Assembly (NCBI GenBank): GCA_012295275.1
Contig: CM022670.1
Span: 31,930,001-31,994,000 of the forward strand
Reading direction: 5' to 3'
DNA length: 64,000 bases
Source: Chrysomallon squamiferum
Taxonomy: Eukaryota > Animalia > Mollusca
Shown: positions 15,107-30,328 of the stretch, piece by piece
How positions within the stretch are numbered: position 1 is the first letter of the stretch
How the letters are laid out: each line of letters opens with the position of its first letter
Notes under the pieces: generated by a model
Database searches by the model: none
Told to the model about the DNA's origin: nothing
What the model saw: the letters and a program-made list of their open reading frames with translations, nothing else
Program-made: the position numbers and the translations under genes

Positions 15107-18100
15107 GTAATGAATGGAGCTGCAGAACTCATCCCTGGTAACAGTGTTACTTTTGTTTGCTTTGAATGAATCTTTGGGTCTGGTTTCTTAACACAACTTA
15201 CTGCAGATATCAGAGGATGAAAATAAATGGAAGTAAATTCTAAATAACAAAGTTCAAGTTTTAGATTAAGGAAAATATTTATTGCAAAACTGCAAAAAGG
15301 TCTCCTCTTTTAAATTAATTATTATTTCAGAGTTAATGTAAGTGAATTTACTTACTTGCACATACACACACAGATGTATACTTATTCATGTTTTGGAAAT
15401 AATTTCTAAATACTAGAATTATACTAAAGAATAATATTTATTAGTATTAAACTTTTAGTTTCAGTGAACTCTTATTCATTTACAAATTAATTAAACTTTA
15501 AAATCCAAATTATTAAAATAACTATTTTTTTTGTTCATGTCACAAATTCATGTGTTCAGTCCATTTTTAGTGCTGTCAGTTTCCAATGATGAATCATCTT
15601 GGCTAGCCCTGGTTTGTAGAGCACCTCCCATGAGGGGTATCTCTTTACACCTTGTCTGTGATCTAACTCCCTGTCCCTCCCCCAACCATTCCCTTCAGAT
15701 TTCTGGCCTTTGAGCACATCCATCTGCTAGTAATTCAGCATAGATATATAATGTGTACCCCCTGCTAATACATGGCATGTTTGACCCTGAAAACCTGAGC
15801 TTAAAGATAAAGCAGAGAGAAAGCACTTTCATCACAGATGAATCTTTGCTTTCCTGTATTTGGAGGCAAAATGTCAATTATTAAAAGTCTTCAGTCTTAA
15901 CCAGTTAAAATGCTTGTGACATATCTGAAAAGCACGTGCAAGACATGATTCACAATTGACAGCTCACACTGGTGGCTTAGATAAAAGTTCAAACCAAATA
16001 AGGCGTGAAATGAAGTACTTCAGAAAGAGTTTTTAAAAAACAGACAACAACAAAAAAAAATATTAAAAATTTAACATTTATAAACAATTTATGAAGATTT
16101 TAAGAATGGAAACTGATGATTCATGGTGTTTGTTTTGTAATTATTTCCATGTATGTATGTATGTATGAATGTATATGTGCATGTATATGTGTCTGCCAGT
16201 CTCTTTGTATGTTTATATATATGTAGTTACATATACAGATATCTTTATTTCATATCTCATATATCTGCTATTACAGTCTGTATGTGTGTAAATAAACTTT
16301 ATTACAGAGAAGAGTGAAAGTCTAATTGAAAACTATTTTTACCAACTAAACAATTAATAAATGGAATAAAGACAGATATATGTAGGCCATTAGTCACTTT
16401 TTAACACTAGGACATGACATTAACATTTTACTAAAATTATCACAAATTTTTCACTATTTTTTTCACTTTGATGTTCGGGTTCTCACAGCTTTCAAAGTTT
16501 CTGGACACAACATTGACAGACCTATAAACAACAAATTCATACACACTCATAAAAAAATATATATCTATATATAAGACATAATTCATAAAATATTCTTCTT
16601 ATATATCTTAATGTCACTGAGACTGTATCGTATGATGATCATGATGCAGCATGAAAGTATTATTGGCTCATAACTTTATCATGGATGAGAGATCACAGAA
16701 ATATGGCAGACTACAACTCCACATGTACTGACAACAAAATGTACAAGGTTACTTAGCAATTCTCAGTCCTCTCTGTGCTATCCATTGAGAATTCTTTTTT
16801 TTTTCTTTCCCCTTTTTTTTAAATTTATGTTTTTATGGAACTGAGTGATTGAAGTACTTTCAGAATAGAAATTGCTTAATCAGCATTAGTAGATATTTTA
16901 GAATTAATTTATAAAATTAACAACTACTTCACAAAAATTACTAACTCATTCATGTATTCATTAACTTTTTAATGTTTTCTGAATGTTATGTATTAAGAGA
17001 TATTTCATAAATGATATATTAATTTATGTGTTCATAAAGATAAAGATTTATTTCACAAAAATTTACTAATTCAATTATTCATAAAGTTATATATTAACAG
17101 ATTTTTCATTATGCTTTATAAACTCAGGTGTTCATACAACTGCATATTTTGTAAAAAAAATAAAGTCTACTTAAAATGTTATCTTGTTAATTTGGTAAAA
17201 TTAACTGATAATGTATTTTGGGGTCATTCTTTTTGCCATTTATTTTCAATCAGACTGAGAATGAATGTTCCTCAAACAATTGCCTGCTTGCTTCTTCTAA
17301 AGAATAATTAAACTAAATATTTTATATTTAATAAATAAAGTATGCTGTTGTATTTTTATTTCAGTGTATCAAATTAAACACCATAGCTCTGTTTGCTTTT
17401 GAAAACTTCTATTAAAACAAACTTTAATTTAAATCTGTATAATAAAACCCCCATATAAAGTGTTATTACTTTATTTCACAGATTATAAACATTGTGTTGT
17501 AATGTCTGTGGTATCATTACACAATGATTAATCATCTCTTTGCCCTATCAGTTATAACATAAACAGATCAAACGACAAAAAAGTTTTGATATTGTAGTTT
17601 TCTGAAATTCTATTCCTACTGAAATATAAGAATATATCATATTTGTGTAACAACAATCACACTTACATAAGAGAACTGCTCATAGACCATTTATAAAAAT
17701 AATTTAAACAGCTAAGGATCTTGGTAAAGTTATAAAAAATATTTTTTGTATCACATTATTTTAATCCTATGGATGGATTTACTCCATTTCCTTTTATAGG
17801 ACTTAGATTTCCAGACTATGTATACAACTAATTATCCAGTATTAAAGCCTAGGAAAAGTGCATATGAAACAAACACCCACTGATGGAAGGGCTTGGAATT
17901 GATTACCCATTTTGCTAATATTTGTCCAATGTTGTGATTAAATACTGATGATTTTCTTCACATCTCTGATGAAAGTAATTGTTTCTATGGTTTTCTATAT
18001 CCAGAAGAATTCAGGTCGATAGGAGAAAAATCTGTCTGTGAATGACATCACTAGAAAAACTGTGTGTGTGTGTTTTTCTTTAAATAAATATAGATTTATG

Positions 18101-18124
18101 TACTTAATATGTTTATACTTTAAC

Positions 18125-18370
18125 ATACATATACACACACACACATGTTAATGTAACAAATATTTATACACAAATATAGACATATATCCATGTGCACAGA
18201 TACAATACACTCAAATACATACACACACACACATACATACATATAAAACACATACATACAGACACACATATAGGTGTATATATATATATATATACAATAC
18301 ATACAAATATACACACACACCTACAGGCATACTTTATACAGACAAGTACAGACACACACACACACACACA
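18125..18370. repeat. Degenerate CA/TA microsatellite region
   Basis: Mixed cacaca/catata tracts. Explains the overlapping low-complexity ORFs. Confidence 0.8.
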
Positions 18371-18622
18371 TGGTCTGTTTGTTTTTACAACTGATATCTG
18401 TTGCTGTTAGTTTAACAGGAAAATAGTGATAATGTCAAGATATCAATCAATGTATGGGCAACTTAATAACAAGTAAACTGGCCCAGATAAACAGAAAATT
18501 CCACATGATCACATTACAGGTATTTTCAACTGAAAGTTACAGCTGCCTTTACAATAATTATGTTTTAACAGAAAGATAATATTTAAAGTAATTTTTAAAA
18601 GTTTTATTATATAAACATTTTA

Positions 18623-18700
18623 TACACACACACACATGCACAAGCACACGCACACACACACACACACACACACATACACACTCATACACACTCATACACA
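18623..18700. repeat. (CA)n microsatellite, interrupted
   Basis: Directly visible. Confidence 0.85.
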
Positions 18701-19599
18701 TTACAGATTGATTTATACAATGGATATATACAAAAAAGTATATATACACATACAATAAAGAATTACAAAACTTCAGTTAGTTTCAGGTTAATATTTTTGA
18801 TCTTTAAAATTACAGCAGTTGACTGCACTGCATACCAGAGCAAACAAAGTGTGTCTGAAGCAGCTAAACGCCACCCCACCAGATACATATTTACTCAGCA
18901 CTTTGATTCACACCCAGTCTCACAGCATTTCACCCTCTGTTAAACCTCACACGATTTTACATTTACCATACAAAAAGAAACTGACTTGTTTTAGTTATCT
19001 ATGTCTTTCTCTCTACATGTTTTTCTCCTGAAATTATGTTATTGTTATAACTAATCACTTTTGATACATTATTATTGTTATTATCATTATTATTGTTGCT
19101 GCTAATATTACCACAATCACTACTATTTCCACTTCTGGTCTGTACACTCTATTAATACCAAACAAATTAATCCTAAAAATAGATCAATGTACTGTTTAAA
19201 AATGGCTAATTTTCATGTCTTAGATGGCAGGAAGGAAATGTTTTAACATATCTAATATAAAAATTTATAAGAATAGTATTTATTAAAAAAAATTAAGGAT
19301 TAAAAATGTTTCTATCACTAGTGCTTTGCCTCATCATAATTATAATTATTTATATAATGAAAAAGAATAGTACTTATTGACAAACACTGTAACCTTTGAT
19401 ATCTTTGTTTAAAGAGCTTTAGCTGGAATGAGACCACAAAGATAGACTGATCCATATTTAATCTGACATTACTTACACCATTCTGTCTATAAAACTAATA
19501 AAACTATTTACAAACTGTGGGAATCCATATATCTGTTATTCATCCGTAAGAATAGGCTAGTGTTCAGCTAGTTTTTAATTTTCCTTAGCACAAGAGTAG

Positions 19600-19742
19600 G
19601 GTTTTTACCTGTTCCAACCAACCTCCCAGTGTTGGATTATTAAAGACTTTCATATATATTTAGCTGCTTTTGAGAAGATACAAAAAAAAGATCCCTTGCG
19701 TATAAAAAGAGTAATCAATAAATATGAAGGTTGCAGGTTTTT
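19600..19742 (+). mobile_element. Degenerate SINE core fragment
   Basis: aaaagatcccttgc...aaaagagta...gcaggttt matches the recalled SINE core motif aaaagatcccttgctgctaatcgaaaagagtagccc...agcgggtttcc. Confidence 0.4.
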
Positions 19743-22700
19743 TTATTTTATTTTATTTTTTTTTTAATCTATATAGTTCTTAATTATTTCTGTGATGCAA
19801 TATAATTGTACATTAAAACTTTGTTAAATTATACCATTTCTTCCTTCCTTTCCATTTATTTACCCTTTACTTTCTTCCACCCTTCATCCAACATCCCAGC
19901 ATTTCCAAGGCAGTGAAAACAAATATTTTGTTATTATTCAGTTAAGGGAAAAATTTAGAAGGTAAAAGAGTTAGGTGTTGGAAAATTTCAGAATGTCAGA
20001 ATTAGTGGTATTACTCTGCAATGTGCCTGAATTCTTAAGGCAGAGAAAATGACTTTATGTCTCCCTCAAGAATTACTGTATGCATATTGAAGAATGAATT
20101 ATTATTTCCTTCAACTTACAGCAGATTACGTGTAGAAACATTTGCAAGTACTACCATTAAGGGAATATACCACAGTACAGCTACATATTTCTGTGTTAGC
20201 AACCAATAATTTTGGCAGCATCACTGAATTTAATTATTTGTTCAGTTCAATTTTAATTTTCATTTTTAATTATTTATCCTGAGATTTATTTATTTTGGTT
20301 GTTATTAATCTCATAATAAACTTCAAAATCTTATTATCATTTTCATCATTATTATAACAATAATTACTTGTTATTATTGCTGATAAAATGAGGGGTAAAA
20401 ATTTATTTTATTCCAAAATTTCTTACTAAAATATATTGTTTTATTAGCATATGTTAAAAACTGTTTTATCACTGTTGTAGTAACATTACAATACCAGTAT
20501 TTCAATGCATGAGTTATATACTTCTAACATGTTAAAATTAAATATTTATATATAGTTTTCTCCTTTGCTCTTTTCGTTTAAATCAATACTGAAGTATGTA
20601 AACAGAACCAGTCTTAGCAAAATCTGTCAGATCAGTCCTGTTCAATACTTTTACTGAACTATTTCCCATTATAATCAGTGTCCATTTTGAAATACCGCAG
20701 TTTGTGTATGGTATGTACTGCCCTACCTATAACAATGTGCAAAAGAGTTTGTGTAGTTTATAGCTTAGTCACAGGCTTCATCTTTCATTTCATTACAAAA
20801 TCATGTGAATGCTACTTTATAATTATTTTTAAAAATAAATACCATGTTTGCAATATTAACAATTTCATCTGTAGATTGTTACATGAAGTGCTTATGCTAC
20901 AGTCTATGTTTATAAACCTGAGGATGAAGGAAGACAGACAGGTGATGAATATTTTATAAATACCTTCACCTAAGAATCAGGTAAGATGTAAGAAGCAAGA
21001 AAACGTGTGAGTTAAGTAAAAGCTCAAAGGCTTTTCTGTATCGTCAACAGAAATAATTATTTTAAATAAGCCAAATTCATATCAAGGAGAATAAAAATGG
21101 TATCAAATGTTAAGTAAGATATTATCAGCATGCCACTGAAGCCTGTTTCAAAACTCAAGTACCATTTTACTACCTGTATAAAAAAACAACTTTTCAGATC
21201 TCATTCCTTGACCAACAGGATCATTTACAAAGTATTAGCAACTTAAAATGACAAAACTTTAGTTTGGTGTCACGAGTGTTGACAAAACTGCTTAGACAGA
21301 CAACTACATTCTGGGGATACTTTGAAAACGTTTACTTTAGGTCTGCTTTCTGGTGTCAAGGGCTGGAATTTTACTTATATTATGAGAACAATGTGATTAT
21401 TTTGCTGATGCAACAAGTCTTGTTACATGCTCTGAAACCAGAGATGTCCAAAACACACAACAGAATGACAAACATTTCAAAACCATTTTTAATTGAACTT
21501 TGGGAAAAAATTAAATATTTTAATCATTATTTTAATAATTTGTAAAATTAAATTACATTATTTTCCTATTTTAAAACTGATTTTTTGTTTTAATTTAATA
21601 AATTAATTTTTAATTATTACTCTGCTATAATACTTATAATTTAATTAATTATACAAACACATTTGATTAACTGTATAGAAATAATTGTGTGTGTTGTAAT
21701 TTAATAATGGTAAAGGCTTTATTACCCATTTTCTTCTGAAAATAAACAATTTCCTAAGCAAATACTTATGATGGACAAACATACCACCAATTAGCTAAAC
21801 AATTCAAAACTAAGAAAAAGTATTTAAAAAAAAAAAGGATTAGATAAAATCAATGAAAACTGATTGCAACAAATAAAACCATTGATTGATTCCCTTGATT
21901 CATTCCCACTTTGGCAATATATAATAATTTGTTAATTGATCCTAAACATATTTCTCTTGTTTGTGCATTCAGAGAGACTGTTTGCCAATTTGCATGCTTT
22001 GAGTAATGGCAATCTTACATTATAATAATGGGAATGAAGCAGGCATGAAGCCTTCAGGAAGCATAATTAACAGCAGTTATCTGGCTGTGAGATGCCAGAT
22101 ATATCATTCCTGATGTCAAAACACGACATGCTCCATATCACGCCAGCAGGTACAAAACAAAAACGTGTGTCAGTCAAGGTAAACACATAAAATAAATGTG
22201 CAAGCAGCATCTGTTGTACTCCATTGATGAATTCATCTAAATGGTGGGCAAAAATTATATAGTGCAGAAAAAAAGAATACTTATGAGCTCATACCATTTA
22301 ATAGCAATAATTACTGGATATTTACATATTATTATGTTATTATGCTGCTGAAATTTAATATATCCTGTATTGAATAAAGTATTTAAAAAAAAAAAGAATG
22401 AATATTTTAAGAAATATCGGCTGACTTAAGTAATAATAATTAGCAGATAATTAATATGTTAAGAGAACAGTGGATATGTATTATACATTACTGCCTCATA
22501 GATGATGTTTAATACTCTGTATATTAACAGAATGGTAGATATATCAAATATATGTTACTGGCATATGATGTATTTAAAACAGTACTTATTAACAGCAGAT
22601 GTGCAATATATATTACTGCTACTAAATATGATATTTAATGCAGTAGGTGTACAGTAAACATACTACTGCCCATAGTTTATCATTAATAAGCATACAGTAA

Positions 22701-23340
22701 GCATACTATTGACCAATATTTTTACTGCCCTCTAGTTTACCAGTAATATATGCTTTTTAACATAACAGTACATGTGAAGTATGTATTAGTATTATTAATG
22801 TCTTATATAATGAAGGAGCAGCAAATGTGCAGTATAAACTAGTATTGTTACTGACACATACATAAAGCACATTAAGATAGCAGTAGAAGTGAAAGACATG
22901 AGAAGATGGCTTGCATAATGCAATCTTCTTGTTATAAACATCTTGGCTGTAATAAGTGACACTGTTAGTGTAAAGTGGTGTTATAGGCAAACACTTACTG
23001 TTTGTTTGTTCTCCACTGTGACAATATGATGAATACTGGCTGAAGGAGCTGAGTGTGATATATGGCTAATCAACTTGATATTGCACAGGAAAGAAAACAT
23101 ATAAGCAGTATTGCATGGTATTCGCAACATAAATGATTGAAGACTGTAATGGTTATGTGAAATTTGTTTAAAAAATGAGATCACACTATAAAATATTAAT
23201 ATTTTTTCAGCAGTAATGCCTTTGTTCATAAAATTTCTTTCTTTTAAAACGTTTTTCTACTTTTAATTTATTTTAATTCTAATTATTTTTATTAGTAAAT
23301 AGAAAGGAAGATTATTTTTAAATAAATCACTTTATGTGTT

Positions 23341-23420
23341 TCTATGACAGGAAAGCACATGCCATTAGTTCTGAAAACTCATTTAAGGGGCCCATCTGCA
23401 ATGGGATATGACCCAATGTG
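23341..23420 (-). mobile_element. Degenerate SINE fragment
   Basis: gacaggaaagcacatgcca...gggcccatctgcaatgggatatgaccc resembles the reverse complement of the same recalled SINE core and B-box region. Confidence 0.35.
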
Positions 23421-23502
23421 TACACTGTAGAAAACATCTTGTGATCCATCATCCCTCAAACCTAAACAGCAACCAATAAAATAAGCAGAAGTGGTAGTAA
23501 CA

Positions 23503-23598
23503 GTGGTGGTGGTATAAGTATTGGCTGATAATAAAAATGTAATAGTAATAGTGGTGGTGGTATAAGTATTCGCTGATAATAAAAATGTAATAGTAATA
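23503..23598. repeat. 48-bp tandem duplication (gtggtggtggtataagtattggctgataataaaaatgtaatagtaata x2, one mismatch)
   Basis: Copies at 23503-23550 and 23551-23598. Confidence 0.9.
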
Positions 23599-23677
23599 GA
23601 GGTGGTGGATTATGATGGTAGTAGGAGTTAATAGAAATGCAGTAGTAATATTGGTGGTGATGGTAGAGGTAGTGGCA

Positions 23678-23757
23678 GTAGTAGTAGTAGTAATAGTAGT
23701 AGTAGTAGTAGTAGTAGTAGTAATAGTAGTAGTAGTAGTAGTAGTAGTAGTAATAGT
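23678..23757. repeat. (TAG)n trinucleotide microsatellite with TAA interruptions
   Basis: Directly visible. Source of the poly-T/poly-Y/poly-V ORFs. Confidence 0.92.
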
Positions 23758-24659
23758 CATAGTAATTATTGTTGATGATTATAATGATGATGATGATCAA
23801 ATAATCTTGATAATTGTATATATTCTCTACTCTACATGATATAAAATGAACTGCATAATTTGAAAACTGATATCAATTTGATATTATACTGCATGTGTAA
23901 TTTGTCCTAAATGTCATATGTGAATATATTAATGTCTAGATTTTATATATACAAAACCAAATATATATTATATATATCAATTTCTATAAGTTTGTTCAAA
24001 GGTCACAGTTAATTAATTCTGATGAACATAATTATTTTCTGTTACACCCAATAAGCTACTGGCTGGATTGGAAAATAATTTAACAAATGTTAAATGTGTC
24101 ATATTCATTATTGAAAAAATGAAGAACAATTATGCCACTAAATGGATTCTTCTAATCATATCATCTGAAGAAAAATCTTACAATTAAACAAAAATTAATA
24201 TAAAGTTTTTTATCTTTAATTTCATCTGTATATGTTGTGGTTGAATGTTCCATTTGACAAAGATTCTAGCAGGCCAGTCTGTACTGTAATAATATTTTAC
24301 ACACAAAAAAGTCAGTCTAATTTTTAAAAGAAAAGAAAACAATTAAAGACAGGTATCACTTGGGACAGTGCTGATTATCTCCATGCAGGCCTCTTGCATC
24401 TGACAGGTTGTTATTGATATCTCTGACTGCACTCCGGTGACAAAAATAAACAGATTATCACAGAGATTGATGGCAACTTAATACACAATCCGCTCTACCT
24501 TTGTTAGTTTATTTTAAAAAAGAAGATGTATTTAGAAATATAAGTTAAGCTTTAAATAGTTTGTATAATTAATGACTGCATGTAAGGTATCATGGCAGCA
24601 GATGATAAAGTAAGTTCATGTCTGTAGTCTGAGCTAATGTATCTTTTTAATGTTTTAAT

Positions 24660-25410
24660 CTTAGTTCTAGTGAGTACAAGCAGGTAAACAAAATATGTAT
24701 TTATTGTATTATAATTAAATATATATTTTAGTGTTTGAAATACACTTAGATTTATAACTTGTAAGAAATGAAAATATTTGTACTCTAGCTACTCTGTCTT
24801 TTTTATCTGAAGTTCTAGCAAGTATCACAGGTAAATGAAGTATTTTATATAAAAATTTGATTTTCAAAATATGTATTTGATATATACTTTGATTTGTAAC
24901 TGACAAAAAATAAATAACTTTATAAGTGTATTCTAGGCTATTATATTTTTCTTATCTAAAGTTCTAATACAAACAGGTAATTTATTATATGATATAGTTT
25001 TAAAAATACACATTTATTAAGCTGTATACAAATGTACTTGATACTAAAAATACTTTGATTATTAACTGAAATGATGGCAAGAAATAAGAAAGTAACTTCA
25101 AGTTTATGCCCTCGGCCATTTGATTTCTCCTGAGTACCAAAAGGTAAACAAAATCTGTTATTTGAAAATTTGGTTTTAAAAATTTACATTTATTATATTA
25201 CATTCAAATATTTTCTTGAAATACTCTAATGATTAACTGGGATTATGGCAAGAAAAGAAAAAGTATAAACCTTTTTATCTTCCCAAATACTGGAAAGTAA
25301 ACAAAATCTCTTATATTTTCAAAATATGTATTTACTGCTTTGTAAACAAATATATATATTTCAGTGATTAGAAACATACTCCAATTATTAATCAATAAAA
25401 TAAAATAAGT
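24660..25410. repeat. Old degenerate tandem repeat, ~150-bp period, about 5 copies
   Basis: aggtaaacaaaat-like anchors at ~24682, 24829, 24975, 25142 and 25295, each followed by ttttcaaaatatgtattt-like and atactttgatt-like motifs. Confidence 0.65.
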
Positions 25411-28400
25411 TCAAGCTAAGCTAAATGAACTATAAATGAAGCAATTGCAATGTTTGATAACACCACTGTATGAAGGCACAATACCTGCATTGACAGTGAA
25501 CAAGAAAAATCAATTTACATTGATTCCACAATTGTCATTAATTGATGAAGTTTAATTATCAGCTCAGGTTTTGGCTTTGGGACACTGCAGCAGCAAGCGT
25601 GTACAATAAGCAAATCAAATACACAAACGTGTGTGACGTCTATTTTAAGGAAAAAATCAAAGGATAGACAGCAAGACAGTTAATGGTGTGCATCACAGTG
25701 GCGTTAGATCACTTTAGTTAATGTGACTCCACATCTGGGATGACTGCAATGCTGGAAGCTTCAAAAAAATATATATATATCATTATCATAATCAATGGTC
25801 AAGTTAGCTCCCTTGCAACAACAACAATTTAGAACTTATTCAAGTTTATGTCATACTGCTGAATTTGAAAGGAATCCTCTTTGTATCATGCAGATATTCA
25901 TTCAAAAATATGTTCAGGAATACATACAGTCTTTCAGATTCATACAGAAACTAATAAATACTCATATATATATAAATGTACATATGCATGCACCTACACC
26001 AATACACAATTATGTAGGTGCCCATCTTTTGATATTTCTGTTATTTCAAGACCCACCACATTATTTGTCCATTTTACATGAGCATACTTTGTGAACATTT
26101 CACTCAACTTGTACTTACACATACATATATACGTTATTCTTACCTAACAATCTAATACAGACTCAATAGGTACAAAATTACACCTTTCTACATAAATAAT
26201 TTTGTTCTGTTACAGAAGTACTATTTACTTTTTCTATCATATTGAAATTGGTTTCTTATAATTAATTTCTTGACTATGTTTATATTCCTATATATTTCTG
26301 CCACTTGTTGTTAACATTTTATGTCATATATATGACACTATTTTTTATAAACTTTTTTCTTTGTTCATTTCAAAACCAGTTAACATCTGTATGCAACCAG
26401 TTCACTTTACACTCAGTCACGAAACTGCCTGTTAATGTCATTTTGTTCATTTTGCAACTGACTGTCACAACTGTCTGCTACCTAGCCAGTTTACATTCCA
26501 TCACCTAACCAAAGCAATGAACTGAAATAAAACCAATTCTATTCAAACAGCAACCATTTTTCTAAATTACCTTTTGTTTTTCTGATACCTCTCTGACATG
26601 AATACATACAAACTTGTAATATGATCAGAAGTTTGGGACTGAGAGAGAAAAATTTAAATAAATTATGGGTGGATGACCTTTAATTTTGAAGTATACAAAG
26701 ATTCTTCCTTTTATTCATAAAAAAGATGGAAATGTGATGATTAACAAATCTAGACAAGTTGATTCAAAACAGCCATCTGTATGTAAACATTTTTTTTAAT
26801 GTCTTGTCTGGTCCTGTGCATCTCTAAAAATGGGTTAAAAAATAACTTAAAATAATTTATTTCCAAGGTTAAAAGTACAAAACTGAATGACCTGTCCTAC
26901 AGTCTGACTTCTCTAAACTGGAAACCATGCATTTCTCTTGTTCATTTCAAACAAAATCAGTTTAGTAAAATTAATATTTTAATTTTTTTATATCATCAGA
27001 TTTCATTTTAATATTTGTCTGTCTTTAAAAGATTCAGTTCCAGTAGGCAAGCAAAACAATATTTTTTTTAAACTGTCAACACAAATACCCTATGTGATTA
27101 AATAGGATGCACAATCTTTAGACATAATAGATAGGTAAAGGGAAGCATGATGGTAAGTCATGTAGACAAAAATTCTTTATGAAACCTGACACCAACAAAA
27201 CGGTGAAAGAACCGTAACATGGACAAGGATCCTATTGAGAATCATGACCCATGGAAAAACAACGGGAATTTTTGAGCCGCATCATGATGGAACAACACCC
27301 AGCTGGATGAAAACAGCACTGAGATACAATTGAATTGAGCAAAGCATCTTCCACGAGCCAGTGAACAGACACTGAAGATGTGGCTCAGTTTCAATGAGGT
27401 TAAGCATCAGTGTCTTCGCTGTCAGTCTTTCTTAGCTGTTTAGACACACAACAGTTTTATAAAAAAGATGACCGTTAAATTCGAGATACCGTTAAATCCA
27501 GATTGTACTGCTTTACAACACACTGAGAACTGCAGGTCACAACAAAATCATTCCCACCCCATTTTGATGAATTTAGCTGAACATTTTGTAAGTGTGGGTT
27601 AAAGGGTATGAGAATTTTCTGCTCCAATGTCATTTCTGTAAATGAATGCTTACAAATGAACATTATGGATTATTTGAGGCAAAAATTTTGCTGTTTATGG
27701 GTGACTAAAATGAATTTGTAGGCTGACCTTTAGACTGAAAGAATAAATAAATTTTTAACAACACATCAATATAGTTTTATTTTCACGGTTATTCATCTGA
27801 TTTTTGTATGAGAAAGAAATCCTGCTGTTACTTTTACCAATGGTCAGCAAATACTTTTGTATGAACTTTCTATAGAGAGGATCACATGTAGCAGTTTTTG
27901 AAATACCACTCATAAGATACTAGCTCAAACCTGAAATATCTCAAACGGCTATTTTGCAGAAACATCTGTTATCTCTGGTGAGTGCTGCTCTGCCTCTGAA
28001 CTTCAACCCAAATCTATGTTCTGTGATTATAAATGTTCTTTAGGTCTGTATCACTGGAAAAGATTTTGTTTACAATTTGATTTTTTTTTTTTAATACAGA
28101 AAGTTAACAGATTACCAATTTGCTTAGATGGATTTGGGTGGTTTTACTTTAATTTTGTATTTTAATTCATGGACTTTTAATAATTAATCCTATTACACTG
28201 AAAAAAATTCATATTAATTTCACCAACAAATAAATAACAAAATTCAGTTCTCTTTTTTTTTCCTTCCTTAACTACTCCTATTTTTTCCCTAAGCCTTAGT
28301 AACCATTCAAATGAGATATTTATTTATTCTCGCATCAGCATGTTTAGACAGTTCTTTATTTTATAAACTAGGCTACTGCACCTCAGACAGAATGCGTCCA

Positions 28401-30007
28401 GATGCACTTGCCAGTGAGTGAGCAAAGAGGTCAGAAAACTTCATCAAAGTCTACTTGTACCTACAGGTGTGAAAATGCACCATGCACCCAGGGAACAGAC
28501 AGTGTTATAAGGGCAAGTAGTAACCAAATCCACAAAACAGATAAAACATATTCACAAAATCCATAACAAAGATAGAGTCTGGAGACAAAATAGCAGTGGT
28601 GTAAATTTAATGCTCTGTTCCTTACACTTATATCTCAGTTCCTGCCAGTCAAATTGAAAATACTGTCTGATGCCATGGGAAAGATACCAGTCTCCCAAGT
28701 AAAATAGTCATTATATTGGACTTAATTCTGGAGGTTACAGAGATAGCATTTTCAAACTCAAAAACTTTGTTTCAGTTCCCCATTCATCTAAATGTTACAA
28801 AATGAACCAATGATCAAGCCTGGGATTATCAACAAATTTGTTATTATCTAAAATGTTTAATTTTTTTAAGCATATAAAATAACCTACAATTGAAGGTGAC
28901 CTTATAGAAATAAAGTAACTAAAAAAGTCAAATCACTGTAACAGCTAAAAGACTCAGAGGATAACATAAAAAATATAATCAACTCCTGATTAGTTTTATC
29001 TAAGATACTGGTTATGGGCTTTCCTGATTAGGAGAAAGTATTTTTTAAAAATTCCTTTTGCTAACCAGTAAGAGTAGCCCTGTCCAATATGTTTTATATT
29101 TTATAATGAATTTTAAAAAATAATGTTCACACGTAAATGTGTTATGATGTTGTTAAACATCAGTTTATAACCTATAGCAACCTGACAATAGCTGCCTTTG
29201 AATGTCAGTTGGAAAGTATAAAACTTGGGAATCTATAAAGCATTAAAAAAAACAATCAGGTTTTGGTAGAAGCCATTTATAATCATTTATAAATTATCTG
29301 ACAGCATATTACAGAGTTCAGAGTTTCACGTTAAAATGTTTGTTCCTTTAATTTTAATAATGATAATGATGATCAAATGATTAAGGTAGTAAAAAAATAA
29401 AAATTTAAACTTTAGACAGTAATGGAAACTCATGCCACCTCACCATCATCTAACTGATTAGTAGTAAGAGATTTTTAATATACATCTTAGGAAATATATA
29501 TAGTTTGGAACAGGGAAAAAATATATTAGCTTGAAAAACAAGATGAACATACTACCTATGTTACTGCCTTATGGTTCAAGCATATCTATCATGGGCACAC
29601 AAACTAGGTGTCTGGGTTATATGCCCATCACATATAAATGTACTCCATTACCAAATCAGCCAAAAAAAAAGAAGGAAAAAACAGCAACAACAGAAGCATA
29701 ACTAAATCTAACATAATGGATGGCTACTGCAGCGTAATAGATTGCTCACAGTAATTATAGTACTATTTTGAGAGAGGCTTTTTTATGGTATCTTTTTTTT
29801 TTTCTCACCAGACAAAACAAAACAAAGCCATTCACAGAGATTCCACAAAACTGTAAACAGAGTCAGGATACTTAGACAATGCAATACATCATTTGTCGAA
29901 AGAGAAGAGTTTTACAATTAAAACAGACAACAGGAGAAAAAGAAAAAGAACAAACAAACAAAAAAACCCAACCAAAAACCAACAAATAATAAATGTATTA
30001 TATAAGA

Positions 30008-30328
<321 letters not shown>

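Noticed and set aside
23449-23839. Poly-Thr, poly-Tyr and poly-Val ORFs
   Set aside because: Translations of the (TAG)n/(GTG)n microsatellite.
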